Below, in pieces: positions 51,943 to 64,000 of a DNA stretch of 64,000 nt. The DNA comes from Lingula anatina. Its lineage: Eukaryota; Animalia; Brachiopoda. Both the position numbers and the translations under genes were made by a program. Location of the stretch: the NCBI GenBank assembly GCA_051362555.1, contig CM120640.1, positions 43,998,788 to 44,062,787 on the forward strand, given 5' to 3'. Below the pieces are notes generated by a model. That model did no database searches and was not told the origin of the DNA. It saw only the letters and a program-made list of their open reading frames with translations. Within the stretch, counting starts at the first letter, position 1. Each line of letters starts with the position of its first letter.

Positions 51943-52360
51943 TTTTAGTTACCTCCGCCAAGGAGGTTATGTTTTCACCCCTGTTTGTTTGTTTCTTTGT
52001 TTGTTCGTTTGTCATCAACATGACTCAAAAAGTTATGAATGAATTTTGATGGAATTTTCAGGGTAGGTCAAAAATGGGTTAACTTAGAAGTGTTTAGTTT
52101 TTGGTGGTGATCTGATCAATAATCAATCAATAATCGAAAATAAAAAAAATTAAGTTCTGGGCCGATTTTGATGAAATTTTCAGATGTCAGAAGTGGGCCA
52201 AGGAACAAATGATTAGTTTTTGGTGGTGATCTGGATCAATAATCAATCAATAATAAAAAAACTAAATCATTATAGAATGAAAATATAGGAGTGAAACGGC
52301 ATTGGGTGGAGACTTTGCTGCCTTGGCGGAGGTCTGTGCTCTCAGAGTGCTTTTCTAGTT
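51943..52360 (+). mobile_element. HINE/DINE-1-type non-autonomous Helentron nested in the foldback element
   Basis: Subterminal inverted repeats acctccgccaagg (51951-51963) and ccttggcggaggt (52321-52333). Also a (GTTT)n tract after the 5' end, an internal duplicated core, a 3' stem-loop gtgctctcagagtgc, a CTAGTT end and T-rich flanks. Confidence 0.85.
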
Positions 52361-52559
52361 GCAATTAATTTTTGGGAATACAGATGGTGGAAACAAATAT
52401 GCATTTTGCTGTTTAGCAGTTTATTATGTCCCACATCATTAAGTTTAGTATGCAAAATTTTATTGCTGCTAATTTGCAGAACTAATATTACAGCAAATTC
52501 GAAGGAAGGAATTGCAATTTGCAGCAATATTGCAGCAAATTTGCAACTGGCCTGATATT

Positions 52560-52940
52560 TTGGTAAGGGTAAAGCTCATAAAGTATAGAAATGAAGAGCA
52601 TCATCAGTTGGGAGGAGAAACCTAAGATCTGCTTTGCAAGAAGCAAATATGCAGGGCCTTTGGTCATATCTAAAGACCCCAAAATCCATATAGCTGTACA
52701 AAAATCATGTGCGCCTCTTCCATAATACCATGTAACTGTAAGGTGGTGACATTCCCCTCCATGCTGGAAAATATTATAAAATGCCAAGCATTTGCACTTC
52801 CCATGCTTCTAAGGAGAGTTGATGAAACTACGCCCAAGTAAGTTCATAAACTGTGCTCAATCCACATCCATGTGGACCATAAGTGCTTCATGTAAGACAA
52901 AGATCAATGTGTAAATTGGATGAAACCCTCCAATTTTTGC
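52560..52940 (-). pseudogene. Degenerate transposase fragment (Academ-like C-terminal region)
   Basis: Frame-broken minus-strand peptides in the expected order: VYELT/LGR..NSP*KHGK, IFVQLYG, SLD, FASCKADLRFLLPTDDALHFYTL*A. They resemble the LTG.D..S....GK, F...LYG and LPPT..A...H..RA motifs. Confidence 0.55.
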
Positions 52941-53318
52941 AACCTGCAGTGACCTATGTGTACTTGGCAGGAATGATGGATGAACATTCCACATTTTTTT
53001 TTAAATTTGTGATCCAAAAAATTCATACAAGAAAAAAATTAAATCAATTATTCCTTCATTAGATAGGTGTTTTATATTTAAAAAATCTGTTTGTAATCAA
53101 GGTCCACATCATCTAAATAGGCCCAACTTAATATTAATTGTTAAGTTAAAAGTAATGTTCCATGGCAACATTATAGTAACATACATGCCTGTCGTGTCCG
53201 ATATCAAGATAAAAAGATATTTTATGAGGTCACATGATGTAACCTCTTGTGGTCCAACAGCTCTTGAGTTTTGTGGCCGCCTCTTTGTATTATGCTCATG
53301 TGAAGAATTTAACTATAC

Positions 53319-53486
53319 CAGGCCCGTAGCCTGGTAGTTCGGGGGGTTCGAAAGAACCACCCTTTTTGCTAGGAAAAGGTCCACTCTGGGTAAAATTTGA
53401 CCTATGTACTTGAGAATTTTATGGTAAAAGGTCCATTTTTTTTCAGAAAACGAACACCCTCTCTGAAATTGCTGGCTACGGGCCTG
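53319..53486. mobile_element. MITE, 168 bp, 13-bp TIR CAGGCCCGTAGCC, flanked by TATAC direct repeats
   Basis: caggcccgtagcc starts at 53319 and ggctacgggcctg ends at 53486. tatac at 53314-53318 and 53487-53491. Confidence 0.85.
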
Positions 53487-56400
53487 TATACAATTATAAG
53501 CAATTAATGTTTAGATCCACATAAAATAAGAAATTAGTATATAAGCGATGAGAATTGATACCTTTGGGAGAGAAAAGAAGAAGAGGAGAGGAGATTGGGA
53601 AAGACGGAGCAGATGTATTTTCAAGAAGTTAGGAGTTGGAGACTTAGAAACGCCAACAAATAAATCGTTTAACTGGTCATTATGTGGACTTGGGTTTTCT
53701 TTGTACGACCCTATGTAAATCTGACATGAAGCGTGAAATCTTTAGTTGCATTATCCACTAAGTTAGTCGAAATCGTAATGTCCTATTTCCAGCCCACACT
53801 TGAATTAAGCATCCATATATAAAAAAAAGTTTATTACATGCCATCTTGAAATGACAAGTTTTGGATGTCATCTCTAAAATCTATATCACTGCCACCCGAA
53901 AAATATACTTCATTAAATAAAAGATTACAACTATCAGTAAAGTACACATAGTACCATTGATTTGTAATGGTAAGGGGTATAAGGCAGCCACATTGGATTT
54001 TTCTCTAATGAAAAAGGCCTAATCATATTCTTTACAAATATAGAAATGTAAGAAATATTTAAGAGAATTTATATTTCTTGAAATATTGCATTTTACCATG
54101 GTTGAAATAATTCTAGATTATATAACATGTGCCTCAGTTGCGAAAATTGTTAAAATAATGGCAGCCATCTTGGATAAAGAAGCCATATTGAAAAAAGATA
54201 TGGTCTTAGCTTTACCTTTAAAAATAAACAATTGTCCTTTACCAATAAACTGCAAAGAAAACATGAAATATACTTCATTAAAGAAGATATTTGATCTTGC
54301 AAATAAGGTGCATGCTGTACGCACCTTTGGGCCATAACGGTCGGGGTGCATGGTGGCCATGTTGGATTTTTTTCTAATCATAAAGCTTCATACTGTACAG
54401 AGAGAGGAAACACAGGTCATACTGTACATAATTTATATTTGATGGTGTGTTGCTTCTATCATGATTGAAAGTAATTCTAGATTAAATAAAACATGACTCC
54501 ACTGCAAAAATTGGCAAATCTTTGGCCGCCATCTTGAATAAAGCAGCCATCTTGTGTCAAGACACCATCTCAAATTTACCTTTACAACTTACAACAATTG
54601 ACCTATACCTGCATATTGTAAAATAAAAATGAAATATACTTCATTTAATAAGGTATTTCAACTTTCAAAAAGATATACATTGTGCTTCTGACTCCTAATG
54701 GTGAGGGGTGTGTGGCGGCCATATTGGATTTTTCTCTTAATCAAAAAGCCTCCATAGTGCATACAGACAACAGAAATGTGAAAAATATTATAGAAAAGCT
54801 ATATGTGATGACAGTTTGCTTATGTCATGATTAAAATAAATTCTAGATTGAAGAAAACATGACTTAATTGCAAAAATTAGTGATATATTTTCCGCCATCT
54901 TGGATGAAGCGGCCATTTTGAATCCAATTGACAAATTATTGCAACAGATCACCAGGAAGGGCATATTTCCACAATATAAACACAATAAAAGTAATGTACA
55001 CTCCAGCAAATAAATAATATTAATCACTTTTCATAATTGATGCTTATTCTGTGCATTCACCATGGCTGGCGGCCATCTTGGATTTTTGGGCACTTTCGCA
55101 ATTGAGCCCATTTGTCCAATAAGCAGATTCATAAACCCCAGGTATCAGGCTCTCCAACGATATGTTCGAAAATTTTATATCATTAAATTTTTTTTACTAC
55201 CCTTTTTTGAAGGCTTTTGGAGTTTGGCTCCCCTACTATAGCCTGTCACCCTTCTGGGAATATATTAGGCAATGCTGTAGTGTGATGTTGGTTACAAATC
55301 TCTCGTGTAGCAAACTAATTTGGTAATGTTTGTGAAGCAGGTATGCCGTTTTGGGAAGGTAGCCAGAAAATACAATGACGAAAGGAATGGTTCATTTGAA
55401 TGGAACTAAGGTGAAATGGCAGTCGTGACTTTTTACTCAGGCATCCAGCGGTAAAGAAACTATCCAGGTATTGGTATGGGTATTACGCCTTCCAGATATT
55501 GTAAAAACTAGAAGTTGTTCAACGCACGATATAGTAACCATCCGCGAACTATACTAATTTCATTTTTAAAGTAAGATATGTGTAAATTTGGTGAAGTTAT
55601 GCCAGCCAACATAAACCCTGAAACTCCAAGGCCAAACAATGTATTTCTGTTGGCTAATACATTGCGGAGATGCAATTTTGCAATCCAGTCTCTATTAAAT
55701 GCACTCATTCTTCGACATAAAACCTGGCACCATCACTTGCAATTGCACGTTCACAATGTCTCTCTCTTAACAAATGATCTTAATACCTGTTTTATTTGTT
55801 GACTCGTGATTAATTAATTGTTTCTTTGGTAAGACATTTGTCGACCAATGAATCGCTGTGGAAATCAACAGAATATGCTATGAGGAAACCTGTGAAATAC
55901 AGCATACACAAATTGTGCGTGTCAGTCGTGCAAAAGCTAGTAATGATTTAAGCCTAATGGAAAGAATCAGTTTGATTAATTCTTCACGAATTGATTAAAC
56001 AAGATCCTCCAAAGCTTGCTGAACAGTGACCGATGTTTTGTAAGAACCCATGGACGTACGGCTTAAGGCACCAGTTAATTTATTTATAAGCAATAAAGCT
56101 ACTGCCTATGTGTCATAACATATAAGTTGGATAATACAAAGGACTTCTGCGTTTGCAATACAAAAGCAATTGAAACACATGGTAATCATAGTTGAAAGAT
56201 ATTTGAGATGCGTTCATATAAACATGTTGGTATTTATATCGGTTCGTCTAGCTTCAAACAGGTAAGATTCCACTAACGCAGTAATCGTGTATCTCTTACG
56301 CAATATAGTTGGTTTTCATTGTTTTTATTTTGTCATGACTCTTATTATAATTGTTGCTGATTACATAGTTTGTATGGTACAAGTTCCCCTATCTTTTAAC

Positions 56401-59400
56401 ACCGTAGACCGTGTATATCAAAGGTGACATCACGGTGATATTGATCTAAACAAGTACTACATAGCAACGCCCCTTTATCCCATGCCTTCTATGCTTTTCC
56501 TTGGGATTATTATAAGATCGTTAATGGACGTAAAGATAAACGTCAAACACTACTAATTGATATTTTAAAACTTAAGTTGTTCTCTCATGAAGATTGGATG
56601 TAATGCAATTAGAACTGGCATTTTATGACCTTTGTAATGAAGATACCAACAATATCGACATACAGATTGGCGACATTGGTGTTGCTGTAAATAACTTACA
56701 TATTTCTAAAAACTAATGGTTATAACTATCTAATTTTCTCATGTATTCTATACCTAATCCCAATTAGTATCTAAGAATGACTGTTCAGTTATCCCTTTGA
56801 CATGATTTTTTTCAGCAGACGCTGTAAATCCAATCAGACACGTGCGTTTTCCTTTTTTCTTATGTCTGTCTAACTGTGATTTTAATAAAATGTTTTGTTT
56901 TAGTGTTTTTTGAATGGTGATTGTTAAACCAACTACAGTAGAACCTATATTATGTACGACAATAGTCATTATTTACAATAACTATTCAATTTTATTTTCC
57001 GTGACTTATCCAATATCTGATTATGTGAAGTGTGTCCTAGTTATTTGCATTTTCAAAAAGTGAGGTTGTTACTTTCTGAATTAGATTGTATAATTTTTAA
57101 GCTTATCAGCCATGGGAAGCTTCATCTCAACAATGCTCATGAAGACGTTGCATTATGTTGTTAAACATTGTTATTGTAAATTTTTGTTCAGGTATTTCAA
57201 TGCCTCTGATTCATTTTGTTTATTCTGGAAATTGTTTCCGTCAAATTCCATGTCACATTAACGATCTCCAGTGCATGTTTCGAGCGGTAATTTCTTTGAA
57301 ACCTTTGTTGTATTTTTACAAAGCATGAATGATAAATGTATAACCCGATTTCCGAAAAGCTTTTCACCAGCAGCTTAGTGCAGACGTTGCGTCAACACCT
57401 GAAGACGCAATTAACGACTCTTGTGACTAAAGTAATCTTTAAAGCAACTTAAAAAAACACCATGGGTATAAACAGGTCAGCGACATATTACCGTGCCTCA
57501 AATCTTCTGTGTGGGCTATCATTCGTTAAAGATACGTTAAATCGTGTTATATCTTTCTCTATGGGACACCTCTCAATACTTGGCATAGCGCGTGGTTAGC
57601 CAGTATCCAGACATAAAAGGTCATATGCGTTAATGCGTGTTAAATCTTCTGGAAGATCTAGCTGCTATTAGAGGTTAGAGAATCGGTCGCCAGGAGAACA
57701 AGTGTCAGCACCGTGTTTATGGCTGTAAGTAAGTAAGTAAGTAAGCCTTTATCACAGTTAATACTGGAAACCGACCCAAAAACAAAACGAAGGAAATCTC
57801 CAAAACATGGCGATCATCGGTAGCCAATCAGCGCGCTATTTTTCACATTCTAAGGTCGCCGTTTTTTTTCTAGACAAGCAAAATGCTCAGTGTTCAGATA
57901 AAGCAGCGGGGTTTTCGAACAATCAAAAGATATTCAAGAAAGGAAAAAGAAAAATATCACACTAAAAGTGTGGCGTTTATTTGTTTTGAATGTTGATAGG
58001 AAGGTTAAACTTGGCCGTTACATCTCGAGTTCACTAAGTTGTGCCTATCATAGATCCTCACTAAACACTGTAAATTTGAGTATCATTATACTTTAGTGAT
58101 ACTATTGTCATCCCCATGAATGTGAGCCTATATTCCTTTAGAATTTCAAGCAAGTCCTGCACATGGCCAGTTCAAAGTATCGTGATTGTTTCTTTATGGA
58201 CAGTTCTAAATTTCCCAGTTGTATGATTATACTTGACTGTATAATATCTCTAATTGAAGCAGTCTTTCAAAAAAAGGCGCAATTGCATTTTAACGGTAAA
58301 GTTGATAAGGGTCATTTGGCTGATTGTTTCTGTAACTACAGTGCTACTACAAACTGTGGCCTTTGTAGAGGAGTGTGATGAGTCACGCGAAAAAATCTTT
58401 TTTTGGGTGTGCATCGAGGAAAATAACAATGTATTTAGACCATCTTACAAAGGCGATGCACGGGCTCATTTATCCCTGCTATTTACTGTCGTTCAAAAAA
58501 ATCTCACAGCAACATTTTGAATCTGGTTGATATTTCCTGCCTTCATTTGGGATGTTCTCCTTGAACAATATTTCTTATATTCAAACTCAAGAGTTACCCA
58601 CTTCGATATGAAATTTTAATAAGTGAGTCAATGAGCATATATATTAATTTCTTTCATTTTCTTATTGTCTGCAGGTATCGAATGGAAGTCGGTGTTATTA
58701 TCAAATAATTGCGAAATATCTCATGCACGTGGCGTGCGCGATATAGGCGCAATCGACATGAATACTTGGCACCACCATGATCATGACAGAAGTGATCTCC
58801 AATTCATCAAATATAGCTGAAGGCAGTTCATGCATCGCTTTTCACTTAATTTCCATTGGAGATAAAGTTTCTCATATAATCTGGGGAATATGGTCGCCTT
58901 AGGTAATTTGCAAACGAAGACAATTGGAGCCATTCAGTACACAAGAACATTAAGAAAGCAATGTACTTGTTATCAAATTCATCCATCAAAACCCTTGACC
59001 TTATTTTCATTTCAATTAATGGTCCTTCAATAATAAATGATCAGTCTTAGATACAAATCAAGTGGCTACGAAAAGAGGACATCTTAAATTTGTCGTTCAT
59101 TGGCCTTTTGCTAAGACTAATACCCTAGATGGATTTCAAAATATGGATGAAATAAAAACATTCTACATCTTTAACAATGAAGGAAGATATGTATTAACCC
59201 CTTCCCTTAAATGATTCTGTCAGTGTTACTTTTGTTAGGGCCTCATTTTTCTGGACAATCGTTCAGTACATATGATAAACATTATTCATTGGTGCTAGCT
59301 TTATTTAGTGTGCATACATGATTAAAAACATTTAAGCCAATTATCAAAAAAACACTTAATTTGAAACCATGGGCAGTGTCAACTGCCATGTTTTTCCTTC

Positions 59401-59762
59401 ACTTTCATTTATCATTATTGGTCAACTCTTATTTGCGCTAGTTTGATATTTAAAAGTAAATGTGTCGTTGTGAGAGATACAATGTTCTTAAGGATGGGGT
59501 TGTTATTTTGTTTTGAAATTTGGATTATCTCGTCAAATGCCACACAGTGCCTGTTTTTGCATAATTGTATACCTGCTCTTGTCTTCATGCAATAACGCGT
59601 GTCACAAAGTCCTTATACTTATGAAATAACAAGACACATCATTGATGATTTTCCTCCATCAAAGGTGAATAGAAAGGTGAAATATATAAATTCTAATGAA
59701 AAAACAAGCTCCTCAGGCAATAAAGTCGTCGATAATGAAACAAATCCATCCGCCTATTTGAT

Positions 59763-59763
<1 letters not shown>

Positions 59764-59801
<38 letters not shown>
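59764..59801. repeat. Poly(T) tract, 38 nt
   Basis: Read directly from the sequence. Confidence 0.9.
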
Positions 59802-59802
<1 letters not shown>

Positions 59803-62800
59803 ACAAGTTTTATTAATGTTGTAATGAACGGATAGAACATGCATTACTCTTTTGTCTAAAGCTGAACTTAATAAAATTGCCCTTTGAAAGTGTGCTCTAG
59901 TACACTTATACCCTTGTATGCCTTGATAACAAAGATTGTCTCTTTTATATGCATAATATAAGATGTGCGTGAGAGTGTGAGAGCGAGAGAGAGATAGAGA
60001 GAAAATGAAAAGAAAAATACCCGATTTTTTTTTAATTTTTTTATTATTATTATTTTTTTTTTGTTGCAATTTTCCCTTTGTCATGAAGGTAAAAATCTTT
60101 TATGAAACCGTTGACAAAATTACAATCTATTAACCCGTTTTGGAAGTCTTTATTTTATACATGTGTGATTTCTAATTTTACCGTCACGAGTGACATTCAC
60201 CAGTCTCCATCCAGATTACCAGAGCGGCTCAAAACGAGAAACTTCGAACTTACACACTTGTTTCTAACTCAGATATCATAATTTTGTCAATGGTTTTGTG
60301 GTAAACCTTGGTGATTAATTAAAGGAAAAAATATGAAATATACAGTGTAATTGAATTTTTGCAATGTAAAGGTCTAACGCCCATTGTGTTTCTTTAAGAT
60401 GCATTTGTTTATTGATTTAGAAATAACGTACCTGCAGGCTACAGTGAGTAAAAATTGAATATTTCAAGGAGTTTTTATTTATTAATCCTTACTTCTATCA
60501 GACTCTGAGTCATTTTTGCTGGCCCTGCGGGTGGCACTGTTTTGTTTGTTTATATAGGAAAACGTGATTAATCGGCAACCAACGGTAACCTAAAGTTCGT
60601 GCTGCGGCCGACATTGGTGATAATTAATTGACTGTAAATAGGTTATTACGATGTTGAGGCATGAAAGTTTAATAAGGCAATCCGACTTTCAGACGCTGTA
60701 ATCCAACTGAGGGATGGAAACACATGTGTTACTGAGAAACGCTCGGTTGCCTAGCAAAGAATTCTTTGTGAGAAATACGACACAGATTGGAAAGTTCCGC
60801 CTGTAGTTATTTCCTTCATTGCCGTCCACAGGTAAATGAAATTGACAATCGATAACAGTTGACTTTATTCCAAGCACCCCCGAAAGTCAATGGCAACAGG
60901 AAACTGCCTACAAGTATAACAAACTACGAGTAAAGCGTCCGCGAGCTTCCATCCACGACCAATAAAACTGGCAGTGAACTCTTTTGTGTTTGGTCAAACG
61001 CAAGCAGAGACAAATACACAGCAGGTCATTTCTTTTTGAGGAGCATTTCTTTGCTGGAATCTTTTATCAATACAACATCGTGTGTGCTGAGCATACGGCT
61101 TAATCCCATGAGCGGAGTTCTCCTGAGTAATATACCGTTCAAGCCGCAGACCAAGAGCAGACAAACCGTGTATCTTGCTCGACCAGGACATTGTTACTGA
61201 TCGTTAGAACGCCATCCTGTTTCTTGAGGACGCCGGGGGAGTAGCTGAACAATAATTGCTTACTTAACCGGTGCACATGGTATGTTCGGCAGAATCTGTT
61301 TAACATTAAGTGGACATCTGGAAAACCGCTGGTCACTACTTTTAACCGTGTGTCATAGGTCAATTGTCTTCATTCCTGTGGACGCTTTCAGACGTACAAC
61401 TTTAACACTTGGCAGTGAGGCAATTCACGTGAGTAGACAGTCTTCTAAGAACATATTTTATCCAGCGCCAAATGTTATCTTAAGTTAATGGTATTCATTG
61501 AATATATTAGATGGAATATGATAGGATTTATTGATTTAGATATTCTCGCAAAACCGTAGTAATGGTGGTTTTAATGCTTTCATATATATTAAAACTATTC
61601 AAACGGAGAGATATCTGAAAGCAGATCACAGCTGTAGTGTTGCTGATGCTTTATTTACCATTACTTATATCTTGAGTTCATTTGACAATTCAGTCAAATT
61701 TTCACCTTGACGACTGCGTTGAACATGTCCCTTTAAATGGGATTAACAACGTGTGCATCCACTCGCTTATAGTGTTCTTAATGTCAATTTACAAAACACA
61801 TATTAGAAGTTTGAATTTGTAACAAAATTGACAAAAGGCTATGTTAAGTGTATACACGGCACGGGAACAAACAGAGCGTATAAACACAGAGTTAGTGTGT
61901 AGGAAACTAAATGATCATAATGAGTGGTAAGTCCTTCGTTTTACCTTTGTTGCTACTAATATCATTTTAATCTATTTCTAATTGAGTCCAGCAGCATTAG
62001 AATAGAAAAGTGTCGTTCCCCACCCTGAGTGTGGTGGAAGTTCACCTTTATTGCCTATCGCAGCGGTCTCAATTAAAGTGACTTGAATTGAAGCGCGTTG
62101 CTATAGAGGAGAGTCACCGTCATAAAACGAAACTCGGGGTGAATTCCACTTAATTCTGCGAAAGTTCCACAGACGCGGTGCGTGTCTTAGGGTAATCAAG
62201 GTTCTCTATCGTTATGGTAAGTATTTATTATTCAGGACCTTGACGTTATTTACCGATCGAAATTGTTGAGTGCCATAAATAGGTAAGTGAAAACCGGAAC
62301 GTGACCGTTTGCCAGACGCGTTTTTTGTTGTCTTTAAGATAAAGGGTATCTGTACGCCTTCTTGGGTTTTGAGATTATGAACAGTGTTTTAATCCATATG
62401 TTTGATGGCATCACGGGGATATAGATACATTTTTTAAACAAACGTGTTATAAGAGGAAGAATTAGGTAGGCCTACAATTCTGTCCCAGAAAGGTATCCAG
62501 ATCTTATTGTCATTAAAATCCTTCAAGTATCAGTAGAAATGCCGTGGCCCTTGGCGTCCATTTCTACAAATTGCACCTCATTAGTCAGAGAAGAATTTCA
62601 TCAGACTTTGAAAGACAAAATCCAGCGGAAACTAAGAGAACTGAAGAAAGCACCTCATTAGTAATGAACATGGACGGACTACGTGAGGGCGATCCTGTAA
62701 GTAAACAAGAATGGTAAATTACAAATTTGCATGTGGAGAGAAAACCTCGTTTATCAACAAGGTTTCAATATGTGTTGAATATGTATTTATAGATTTTGAT

Positions 62801-64000
62801 GAAATATTTTCTATCTCAATGTCAGTGATGGGATTAATTCCAAAATATTTACATAAACTTAAACCTCTTTTTTGTGTGCTCAATGGCGACAAATTACACA
62901 ACGTGGGCCAATGTGACGTCTTCCTAGATCGATACAGCATCACTTTACACCGAAGTGACTTCCACATATTATGTGTTGGGTTTGTCTGGTTGCTTTCTGT
63001 ATGGAAGGGCAAACGGTTTTTAATCCTCATTACGTCAACAGCAATGCGCGACAGCCTGAGAAGTCCGCTTAATTATATTAGGGCTGTTTATAACCATCCA
63101 ATGCAATGTTATCCGATATTGCGCATAGGTAAGGTTATATGGTAGGAACTTAAATCAATCAAGTTAGTCTGTGTCAGGATAAAAGAAAAGCCCTGCCTAG
63201 GGCAATAATTCATTGTACGTCAACCAAAATGCCAGTGCCCCAAAATTTGTTATTAATGACTATTTGAAAGAAGCACGCATGTTTTATAATCATTAACAAA
63301 AACGTATTGCTTTTTTATTCTCAAATGGCAAGTTCTCCTAGACTTATAAAATCAAAGGACGGTTAAGAACAATTTTGTCATAAAAGGAAATGGAATCCCT
63401 CGCGGTTACAGATATTATATGTCAAAATGTATCAAAGCAAATAAGCCCAAATAAGGCCTGTCTGATATATAACTGGACCCTTGCTGGAAACAACAGCAAC
63501 GTTACGTCTTCCTCCTGAGTCTTGGCGGTCACCTTCCTAGACCAAAGGGTAGCATTGCTAGTCAAATGCTATCTATCTACCTATCTATCTATCTATCCCT
63601 GTCTGTCTGTCCAGCTGGCTCTTTCTCTTCCGTCTTACACACTTACAAACACACACAAACACATACACTTCAACTGGATGGTTTATAACTCCAATAAGCA
63701 TAACAAAACAGACAGTTGACTGCATGCGCCCTAGCTTTATTAATTCGTTTGTAGATATGTATATTGCATATTTTTTTCTTATAAAACAACATTTAAACAG
63801 TCAGTCAAAAATACCATAGGTAGATAGGTAGTTTTTCTTTAATGTGCCACTATAGAAAAACCGTGTCTTGGTTTAGGGTCCCACAACGTAGTTTGGTGTT
63901 GAATAATTAGGATAGATCTTACTTTAAGTTAACTGCATATGACGTTCAACATTGAGGTGTAGTTTGTTTGTAAATAACATGCTAAGGCCTTAGTTCTACC

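Larger units (their letters stand above)
50251..55238. mobile_element. Non-autonomous foldback DNA transposon, Academ-like, with about 1.4-kb inverted arms built of about 370-bp subrepeats
   Basis: Termini TAGTAGGGGAGCCAA and TTGGCTCCCCTACTA. 3-bp TSD TAG at 50248-50250 and 55239-55241. Near-identical inverted blocks at 50290-50412 and 55068-55190. Recurring CCAAGATGGCGGC and CCAATATGGCC motifs are mirrored in both arms. Confidence 0.88.

Noticed and set aside
54086-55027. ORFs with KMAAI / KMAASSKMA motifs
   Set aside because: Translations of the AAGATGGC subterminal repeats of the foldback element.
59599-60084. Poly-Phe and poly-Lys ORFs
   Set aside because: Artefacts of poly(T) and other simple repeats.
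60994-61363. GC-richer minus-strand ORFs (YSPGVLKKQDGVLTISNNVLVEQDTRFVCSWSAA* after a cag acceptor)
   Set aside because: Could be a terminal exon, but I found no partner exons and recognise no homology.
62236-62700. Exon-like plus-strand segments ending in gtaagt (near 62216, 62282 and 62696; MNMDGLREGDP)
   Set aside because: Donors look good but there is no supportable gene model within the window; needs RNA data.
62711-63145. 144-aa and 103-aa overlapping ORFs
   Set aside because: Composition typical of AT-rich non-coding DNA, with no motifs.

Overview
AT-rich genomic DNA from an intron-containing eukaryote, probably an invertebrate animal (inference from gene set and repeats). The first 40 kb is a compact gene cluster that I rebuilt exon by exon from GT-AG junctions with consistent phases. 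In order: the 3' part of a perilipin (+); IER3IP1/Yos1 (-, absent from the ORF track); a two-exon small heat-shock protein with a predicted signal peptide (+); TUBGCP4 (+); HAX1 (-); and a STARD5-like START protein (+). An intact Ty3/gypsy (Mag-like) LTR retrotransposon lies antisense in the last perilipin intron. It has identical 98-bp LTRs ending TA...TA instead of TG...CA and a 5-bp TSD. It has no TGG-type tRNA primer site; the sequence in the PBS position is instead complementary to its own LTR, a candidate for Tf1-style self-priming. From 42 to 64 kb I found no recognisable protein gene. That part holds a palindromic MITE with a 9-bp TSD and a 5-kb Academ-like foldback element containing a transposase relic, a Helentron-type HINE and a second MITE. 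All family assignments come from recognising motifs by eye, not from database searches.
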